32,000 nucleotides of DNA, taken from the NCBI RefSeq assembly GCF_000092465.1, contig NC_014205.1, positions 1,320,001 through 1,352,000 on the forward strand, in the 5' to 3' direction. The notes below the pieces were generated by a model, which worked only from the letters and a program-made list of their open reading frames with translations, did not search any database and was not told the DNA's origin. Positions 25,934 through 32,000 of the stretch are shown piece by piece. How positions within the stretch are numbered: the first letter of the stretch is position 1; every line of letters begins with the position of its first letter. The DNA comes from Staphylothermus hellenicus DSM 12710. GTDB lineage: Archaea; Thermoproteota; Thermoprotei_A; Sulfolobales; Desulfurococcaceae. Made by a program: the position numbers and the translations under genes.

Positions 25934-26286
25934 TTCTTATCCCTACTATCCTCTTTCTCTCCTACAATCTTTAAACTCCTATATTTATCTTTATTTCCAG
26001 CGATTATGAAGGTATATCCTCGAACTTCTATAAGTTTTGCCCCTACGAGCTTGGTTATCATCTTAGCTATTTCTCTCCTATCAGAATTTGTCGACCTAAC
26101 ATATGATTTTAGCATCCTTATTTTAACCACGCCGTGTTTTTCAAGCCTTGCCTTGACTTCCCTTATAAAACCCGGTGTTAAGCCTTTTTTACCTAGTTGT
26201 ACATCTACTTTTCCAGCTTTTCTATCCTTGATTTCTTCCCAGACGTCTTTATCATGTATCTTCTTCTCCAGCCGCAGAGGAGACAT
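25918..26286 (-). CDS. CRM-domain RNA-binding protein (YhbY/UPF0044 family)
   Basis: [33 protein letters not shown]...[13 protein letters not shown] matches the YhbY/CRS1 fold pattern. The only ATG start (26286) lies 82 nt inside the upstream rnp4 ORF. Confidence 0.72.
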   Translation of the reverse strand: MSPLRLEKKIHDKDVWEEIKDRKAGKVDVQLGKKGLTPGFIREVKARLEKHGVVKIRMLKSYVRSTNSDRREIAKMITKLVGAKLIEVRGYTFIIAGNKDKYRSLKIVGEKEDSRDKKWLQR

Positions 26287-26582
26287 GTTACCACAACCCT
26301 TGAACCTTTACCTTCACTCTGTATTCTAACCCTAGCTGTTAAGCCAGGTATTAATGGTATCTTACATTTTCTACAATATCCCCTCCTAATATATTTTGGG
26401 GGTTTTACTCTGGCTTTATGAGCATATTTAATGATCAACTCTATATATCTGCGGGCTAAATCGTAATCGCCACTCCTAGTCCTATCAAGCGCTAATTTAT
26501 ACAAATACCTCATTCTCTGAATAGCTAGATCTTTCAAAACATTTCTTCTCAAATATAATATCCCCTCCAACCCAGGCCTCAA
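26205..26582 (-). CDS. rnp4: RNase P protein component 4 (Rpr2/Rpp21 family)
   Basis: N-terminal helical IAIQRMRYLYKLAL and a C-terminal zinc ribbon (CRKCKIPLIPG...[10 protein letters not shown]). It has a TTG start, and internal TTG alternatives exist. Confidence 0.8.
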   Translation of the reverse strand: MRPGLEGILYLRRNVLKDLAIQRMRYLYKLALDRTRSGDYDLARRYIELIIKYAHKARVKPPKYIRRGYCRKCKIPLIPGLTARVRIQSEGKGSRVVVTCLLCGWRRRYMIKTSGKKSRIEKLEK

Positions 26583-26697
26583 TCACTAACTATAGGGTTT
26601 CAAAACCCAATTGTTAAGATGCTATAATATATAAAGCCATCAACATGTATTTACCAATTATTATGATTCATAAAGTATTGGTAAATGGTGTAGTAAT

Positions 26698-27390
26698 ATG
26701 GACATGGGAGAACCAATAAGCATAATATTATTGGAGTCGGCTCTAGAACTAGTTCCTAGAGAGTTATGGAAACATCCAGCTGTCCTAAAGAATGCTAGGA
26801 GGAGAGGGAAAAAACCAGGGAAAACATTGCTTGACGTTTCACTTCACTATCATGCAATGAGGAAACTTAAAGATAGGGAGAAACGGGGGAGACCTGATAT
26901 TGTTCATATATCCTTATTAAATGCTCTTGAAAGCCCATTAAACAAGGAAGGATATCTACGAATATATATACATACTTATCCTGGACACATAATATTTGTA
27001 AAACCAGAAACCAGGATTCCAAGAAACTATAACAGGTTCGTTGGCTTAATGGAACAACTACTAATACATGGCAAAGTACCTCCAGACAGCGATGATCCAT
27101 TACTATATGTGAAAACTATGACAATAAGCGATCTTCTCGAAAAAATAAATAAAAACGGAATCATATTGTTGAGAGAACAAGGAGAAAAGGAAAAACCAGA
27201 AAACATTGTAAAATACGCTATTGAAAACAATTATGCGATCGGGATCGGGGGGTTTCCCCACGGAGATTATAGCGAAGAAATCATTGATATGAGTAAAGCT
27301 GAATTCTCAATATATAATAAACCCCTAACCACATGGATCACTGTATCTAGAGTAATAGTAGGGGCAGAAAATCTATTCAAAATTATATAA
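26698..27390 (+). CDS. nep1: rRNA small-subunit pseudouridine N1-methyltransferase Nep1 (EMG1)
   Basis: SPOUT-fold protein with the characteristic RGRPDIVHISLL motif and IIFVKPETRIPRNYNRFVGLMEQL. Confidence 0.85.
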   Translation: MDMGEPISIILLESALELVPRELWKHPAVLKNARRRGKKPGKTLLDVSLHYHAMRKLKDREKRGRPDIVHISLLNALESPLNKEGYLRIYIHTYPGHIIFVKPETRIPRNYNRFVGLMEQLLIHGKVPPDSDDPLLYVKTMTISDLLEKINKNGIILLREQGEKEKPENIVKYAIENNYAIGIGGFPHGDYSEEIIDMSKAEFSIYNKPLTTWITVSRVIVGAENLFKII

Positions 27391-27585
27391 TCAATCGATT
27401 AAACCTTGTTTAAAAACCATTCTCTCCTATAAAACCAATATAAAAACCTAGTAATAGTAAAAATAATCGCTGCTATTATATGGTATTACCTATACAAAGA
27501 TTATTTGCAAATGGATTCCATTTTAAAAACATCTATATCATATTAGGGGTTAAAACACCTATAATATCATATCGGGGGGAGTGTT

Positions 27586-29481
27586 TTGGAGAAGTTATTA
27601 GATGTGAAGAAAAAGGATCCTATAGTTGAATATGCTAAATGGAACAGTCTCGATGTAAATGAGAATGCAAATAGATACATGGGTCCAACAGGCTTCTTTA
27701 GTTATTTGCTTGAAGAATACATGATGAAAACACTGCTTGATCTATTGCCATCGCCTGTTCTAAGAGCACATATTGATGGATACATATACGTTCATAAATT
27801 ACCCTACAGCATATATATTCCATACTGTACAGGACACAGTGTATCACGCCTATTAGAGAAGGGCTTAAAAACACCAACAATTATATCCAGGCCTGCAAGA
27901 CATTTTGATACATATGTTGATCACATAGCTAATTATCTAATAACACTACAGCATTACTTTACAGGAGCTCAAGCATTCTCAAGTGTTGAATGGTATGCTG
28001 GACCCTTCATAAGAAAGGACGCACTAGATTATAGAACTATAAAACAACAGATTCAAAGACTCATATTCAACCTAAACTATCCAACACGTGTCGGTATGCA
28101 AACACCATTCACAAACTTCACGGTAACACTGGATGCTCCAAAGAAAATGCTTACAGGAGACTACGCTGTATATAATGGGCAGAAAATTGAGCCACTAGGG
28201 GAATACTATAAAGAAGCAAAAACATTCTTCCTAGCCCTAATAGATATCCTATACCATGGAGACATGTATGGACAACCATTCACTTTCCCAATACCAACAA
28301 TCATGACAACCGCCGATATGATCTGGGATGAACCAGAGGTTTTCGAAGCAGTATTTAAAACAGCAGCACATCGAGGAAGCTTTTACTGGCTAAACACTAG
28401 AGTTGTCGACCCCGATGCAAGCTATGCTATGTGTTGCCGTATAAATATAGATAAGAACGAGCTTCTCTACGCATACGGGACAGAACCTAAAGGACTAGGA
28501 TTAAACTTTAGCTTGAAGAAGGATCTAGAACAACAAAAAGAGGAAACAATGAAGAAGATAGAACAACAAAGATTTGGTGGATTATGGGCGCTCCCAGACA
28601 TTACAGGCTCCGTAAATGTTACAACAGTAAATCTGCCACGCATTGCTCTCGAAGCTAGAGGAGACGATACAAAATTCTGGGAAGTCTATAGTGAAGTACT
28701 AGAAATTGTTAGAATCAGTGAAGAATGGTTTAGAAGACGCTACCTAGATCTCATGGCTAAATATGCTGGAATATACTCTATGATAAAGGAGTACTTGAAA
28801 GAATTCCCATCATCTCATTTCAATACTATCGGTATTCTCGGATTACCAGAGGCAGCAGCGATCTATTTACAAGAACCTAAGCTTTGGATGGAAGGATCAA
28901 GGAGAGACTGGCTAAGAGCAGCGGATATTATGAAGAAAATGGTTGAGTACGCAGTCAGCCACGCTAGGAAATGGATGAAAGAAACAGGTACCCCGTGGAA
29001 CGTTGAAGAAGTACCTGGTGAATCAGCAGCTGCTAAACTAGCTATTAAGGATGTAAAGAAGTATCCGGAGGTGCTAGAATATCTAAGCGATCCCGATAAT
29101 CCAATCTATTCAACAAGTATAGCACCATACTATGGAGAAATCGACCTACCTGAGAGAATAGAAATTGAATCAAAAGTTCAGAAAACATTCACTGGAGGAG
29201 TAATGATGCACATATTCCTAGGCGAAGAACCTGATCCTGAAGCTCTCGCAAAATTAACTAAGAGACTAATGCAAACCGATCTAGTCTATTGGAGCTATAC
29301 ACCAGCAATAACACATTGCAACAAGTGCGGTAGAACATTTACAGGATTATATCGTAGATGCCCGGTTTGTGGAAGCGAAGACGTAGAGGTATGGAGTAGA
29401 ATTATAGGATATTATCGTCCACTAAAGAACTGGAACCCCTTCCGTAGAAGAGAATTCTGGACACGTAAACATTATAAGTAA
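27586..29481 (+). CDS. nrdD: Anaerobic (class III) ribonucleoside-triphosphate reductase NrdD
   Basis: 631 aa. A C-terminal zinc ribbon (CNKCGRTF...CPVCGSE) is followed immediately by the glycyl-radical motif SRIIGYYRP. An internal CCR motif (AMCCRINI) is present. The TTG start is preceded by GGGGGGAG. Confidence 0.9.
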   Translation: MEKLLDVKKKDPIVEYAKWNSLDVNENANRYMGPTGFFSYLLEEYMMKTLLDLLPSPVLRAHIDGYIYVHKLPYSIYIPYCTGHSVSRLLEKGLKTPTIISRPARHFDTYVDHIANYLITLQHYFTGAQAFSSVEWYAGPFIRKDALDYRTIKQQIQRLIFNLNYPTRVGMQTPFTNFTVTLDAPKKMLTGDYAVYNGQKIEPLGEYYKEAKTFFLALIDILYHGDMYGQPFTFPIPTIMTTADMIWDEPEVFEAVFKTAAHRGSFYWLNTRVVDPDASYAMCCRINIDKNELLYAYGTEPKGLGLNFSLKKDLEQQKEETMKKIEQQRFGGLWALPDITGSVNVTTVNLPRIALEARGDDTKFWEVYSEVLEIVRISEEWFRRRYLDLMAKYAGIYSMIKEYLKEFPSSHFNTIGILGLPEAAAIYLQEPKLWMEGSRRDWLRAADIMKKMVEYAVSHARKWMKETGTPWNVEEVPGESAAAKLAIKDVKKYPEVLEYLSDPDNPIYSTSIAPYYGEIDLPERIEIESKVQKTFTGGVMMHIFLGEEPDPEALAKLTKRLMQTDLVYWSYTPAITHCNKCGRTFTGLYRRCPVCGSEDVEVWSRIIGYYRPLKNWNPFRRREFWTRKHYK

Positions 29482-29548
29482 AAATAACAATTTTTTATCA
29501 ACTTATCATCAACCAGCTTTTATAGCATATCACAATAATTAATCAAAG

Positions 29549-30361
29549 GTGCGGAGATTGTCTATAACAACTGAAGAGCTCTCGGAGATTAAACAGAAAA
29601 ATATTTATTTAATTGGTAGCGGTTGGAAACCTGTCAGTATGATAGATGTATACAACTCCGTAACATTTACCCTGTGGTTGTGTGGTTGTAACTTGAAATG
29701 CCCCTTCTGCCATAACTGGATGCTAGCCATAAATCATCCAAGTACGTGTCATTACCTAGATATTAATAAGCTAATCGAAGAACTAGAGTCCGCTAGGATA
29801 TTAATAGATTATCTCCATGTAACTGGGGGAGAACCGCTTACACAGCACCGCGAGTTAGAAAAGATGTTAACAATTGCAAAGAACAATATTGGAGTCAACA
29901 TAAGTATAAACACGAATTTCACATTGCATAAACCATTAAAACACTTAATAAATACGGGTATAGTCGATCATTTAGCAACTGATCTAAAGATACCATATGA
30001 TCTTCTCTATGGACACAGTAAAGAAGTAGCTGATGCTTTATGGAAACTATTCCTTAAATCATTAACACTTGTATCTGAGTATAGTGTCCCATTAGAACTT
30101 AGAATACCCATTATGAAAAACATCGATATCAAAGTATTCAGAAAACACTTAGCTGAAGCCCTAGATAAACTCGATAAACACAGCAACTATTATGTTATTG
30201 TTCAGCCATTACTAGGTCCACCTATAACTAATCCTAGAAACCCGGAATGGTGTAAAAAATACTGTGATCCGGACAAGCATACTCTTTACATAGTTAAAAA
30301 TGAACTAGAAAATATGGGTGTACAAAAAGTTATTGTGCGTGAAACATTAAGTTTTGGGTGA
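29549..30361 (+). CDS. nrdG: Anaerobic ribonucleotide reductase activating enzyme (radical SAM, NrdG-like)
   Basis: CGCNLKCPFCHN (CxxxCxxC) radical-SAM cluster motif and a GGEPL SAM-binding motif, located directly downstream of nrdD. It has a GTG start. Confidence 0.8.
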   Translation: MRRLSITTEELSEIKQKNIYLIGSGWKPVSMIDVYNSVTFTLWLCGCNLKCPFCHNWMLAINHPSTCHYLDINKLIEELESARILIDYLHVTGGEPLTQHRELEKMLTIAKNNIGVNISINTNFTLHKPLKHLINTGIVDHLATDLKIPYDLLYGHSKEVADALWKLFLKSLTLVSEYSVPLELRIPIMKNIDIKVFRKHLAEALDKLDKHSNYYVIVQPLLGPPITNPRNPEWCKKYCDPDKHTLYIVKNELENMGVQKVIVRETLSFG

Positions 30362-31340
30362 AGAAATGCTTGAAGAAGCCATGGAAAAACATAGGATTTT
30401 ATCAAAGATTAAACCTAGTGTGAAATTATTTGATTATATATGGGATGCCCCTAGAATAATTGCTTCAGCAGGTAAACAAACATTATCTCCGAAAGAATTC
30501 AGCGAAATATATGAGAAAATGAATAAAGACAAGACAATAAAGTGGATCACCGAACTGGTAAGGAGAGGACATGGTTCACCGCTTGAGCATAGTATTTACA
30601 TATTCGAAATAACATGTAGCCGTGTAGCTAGTCATCAACTCGTGAGACACCGAATAGCCAGCTATACACAGTTAAGCCAGAGATATAACGATAAATATTT
30701 GAGAAACATGATCATGCTTGCAGCAACTAAGCTTGGCTATAAAAATGTAGAAAAAAACAATATAGGTAAATACATAAAAATATTGGAGGAAACCATAGAT
30801 TCAAATCTAAGCTTTTGGAACCTGTTAGAAATTATTGGTGAAGCCTTCATTATACCGCCGAAGATAGTGGAATTAAGCAATGAAGAATTTCTAAGACAGC
30901 TACTAAGAAGTGTTAAGACGTATTATTCATTAATAAATAATGGTGTATCTTATGAAGACGCACGTTTCATACTTCCCCAAGCGGTTAAGACACGAGTACT
31001 TGTATCTATGAATGCAAGAGAACTCTTAGAAAGCTTTCTGCCTCTGAGAATGTGTAGTCACGCACAATGGGAGATTAGATACATAGCTTGGCAGTTGTGG
31101 AGACAACTAGTAAAAATACATCCTGAAATATTCAGTTATGCCGGCCCCAGATGTGTATACATGGAAAACAGGGTTAGGCCGCAGCCATGCACACTAAACG
31201 AATATGTTAATGGGAAATGCGAATTCACTATAACTAGGTGCCCCGAACTAGTGCCTAGAGAAGGTATAAGAAAATGTATTAATTATGCATCTAGAGATTT
31301 ATGGAATGATATAGGTGATGAAACAATTGATACTCAGTGA
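30354..31340 (+). CDS. thyX: Flavin-dependent thymidylate synthase ThyX (long variant)
   Basis: GHGSPLEH and the ThyX motif RHRIASYTQLSQRY are present. The 328-aa protein carries an internal insertion after the motif and a Cys-rich C-terminal extension. It overlaps the nrdG 3' end by 8 nt. Confidence 0.85.
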   Translation: MGEEMLEEAMEKHRILSKIKPSVKLFDYIWDAPRIIASAGKQTLSPKEFSEIYEKMNKDKTIKWITELVRRGHGSPLEHSIYIFEITCSRVASHQLVRHRIASYTQLSQRYNDKYLRNMIMLAATKLGYKNVEKNNIGKYIKILEETIDSNLSFWNLLEIIGEAFIIPPKIVELSNEEFLRQLLRSVKTYYSLINNGVSYEDARFILPQAVKTRVLVSMNARELLESFLPLRMCSHAQWEIRYIAWQLWRQLVKIHPEIFSYAGPRCVYMENRVRPQPCTLNEYVNGKCEFTITRCPELVPREGIRKCINYASRDLWNDIGDETIDTQ

Positions 31341-31857
31341 TTGGGATATACGTGTCTATATTGAAAAGAAACTATTAATAATTAACCCATTGTTTCCAGA
31401 TACTATCCGTGAAAACGGTGTTGATCTAAGGTTTGGGTATCAGTTTTGTAGGTTTAAGAAAGATCAAAACATAATAATAGATACAGCTAGAGATCCTGTG
31501 GATAAAACATTAGTTTGCGAAGAAACAGATGAAGACAAGGGCATAATAATAAATCCTTTAGAACACGTATTAGCTACTACTCTTGAATGGATAGAAATGC
31601 CTAATGATCTAATTGGTTTCGTTAATTTAAGAAGCACCTTTGCTAGATACTCACTATATATACCCCCAACTATAATTGATGCAGGATTTAAAGGAAATAT
31701 CACTATTGAATTGATAGGTGGAAGTATACCTGTAAAAGTATATCCAAAACAGAGATTTCTCCACGTAATTTTTGCTAGGACAAGTAGCCCAGTATATAGA
31801 CCTTATAGTGGAAAATACCAAGAGCAAAAAGGCGTTACTCCTCCAAAACCCGACTAG
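31318..31857 (+). CDS. dcd: dCTP deaminase (Dcd / dUTPase superfamily)
   Basis: ILSDWDIRVYI...NGVDLRFG...GFVNLRSTFARYSLYIPPTIIDAGFKGNITIEL is typical of Dcd. The start is ambiguous among GTG 31315, ATG 31318 and TTG 31327; the last gives the canonical MILSD N-terminus. All three overlap the thyX 3' end. Confidence 0.9.
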   Translation: MKQLILSDWDIRVYIEKKLLIINPLFPDTIRENGVDLRFGYQFCRFKKDQNIIIDTARDPVDKTLVCEETDEDKGIIINPLEHVLATTLEWIEMPNDLIGFVNLRSTFARYSLYIPPTIIDAGFKGNITIELIGGSIPVKVYPKQRFLHVIFARTSSPVYRPYSGKYQEQKGVTPPKPD

Positions 31858-32000
31858 TTCTGGCAAAAACAATATTTTCCGGATAATTTATTTATTAGAT
31901 ACTGGTTGAAGCATTTCTTAATATCTAGCTCTGGATACATAGGTGTCGTCGGAGATGACAAACAAATTATTCGATAAAATACTGGCTTTATCTATGTTGG

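Noticed and set aside
27399-27455. Cluster of TATA-like boxes (TTAAACC, TTTAAAAACC, CTATAAAACC, ATATAAAAACC) just after nep1, similar to the box upstream of the tRNA-like RNA
   Set aside because: These are short AT-rich motifs in an AT-rich spacer. A better-placed TATA (ATTTTAAAAAC near 27530) already explains nrdD transcription. There is no downstream structured or G+C-rich segment suggesting another RNA gene.
31918-32000. Possible gene fragment at the window end: plus-strand ATG at 31955 (MTNKLFDKILALSML...) or a minus-strand C-terminus ending at 31918 (...NLFVISDDTYVSRARY*)
   Set aside because: Both readings are open to the window edge and only 15-26 codons are visible, with no motif. I cannot choose a strand or call a product.
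1-32000. Search for CRISPR repeats, transposases/IS ends, integrases, tRNA-flanked islands, toxin-antitoxin pairs or other defence loci
   Set aside because: The only long repeat is the P0/P1 tail duplication. Every ORF of 100 aa or more has a housekeeping assignment, and there is no compositional discontinuity apart from the RNA genes.

Overview
This is a gene-dense, visibly AT-rich archaeal chromosome segment. The gene content and order look crenarchaeal (Desulfurococcales/Sulfolobales-like). This is inferred from the L12-P0-L1-L11-Spt5-SecE-FtsY and L39e-L31e-aIF6-LX-prefoldin arrangements, the GGTGATC-type Shine-Dalgarno sites and the archaeal TATA boxes. I see four blocks. (1) 1-7.7 kb, mostly minus strand: a translation and ribosome-biogenesis operon (KH/Dim2-like, Rio1, aIF1A, NMD3-like, DUF424, aIF2-beta), a divergent MiaB/CDKAL1-type methylthiotransferase, and an MscS-TrkA-TrkH ion-transport operon. 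(2) 7.7-8.1 kb: an RNA locus absent from the ORF track, with a clear C/D-box sRNA and a 160-nt G+C-rich structured RNA. That RNA has tRNA-like termini but cannot be folded into a complete tRNA. (3) 8.1-15.6 kb: a coherent pterin / tetrahydromethanopterin-like cofactor biosynthesis cluster (DUF447, MptE-like, Fe-S flavoprotein, DUF1464-like, MptA, PTPS/QueD, MptG, DHPS-like). It is followed by tRNA-Arg(UCU) and AlaRS. (4) 18.7-27.4 kb: the ribosomal stalk/L1/L11 and L39e-S19e superoperon with Spt5, SecE, FtsY, prefoldin-alpha, aIF6, Rnp4 and Nep1. After it comes a plus-strand deoxynucleotide operon nrdD-nrdG-thyX-dcd (27.6-31.9 kb). Three genes missed by the ORF track were recovered by hand translation: the KH protein (1-313), stalk protein P1/L12 (18766-19095, no canonical start codon) and L39e (24919-25074). 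I found no CRISPR array, transposase, integrase, toxin-antitoxin or recognisable defence system. This is core genome, and the most unusual element is the unclassified RNA at 7911-8070. All calls rest on reading the sequence and recalled family motifs; no searches were run.
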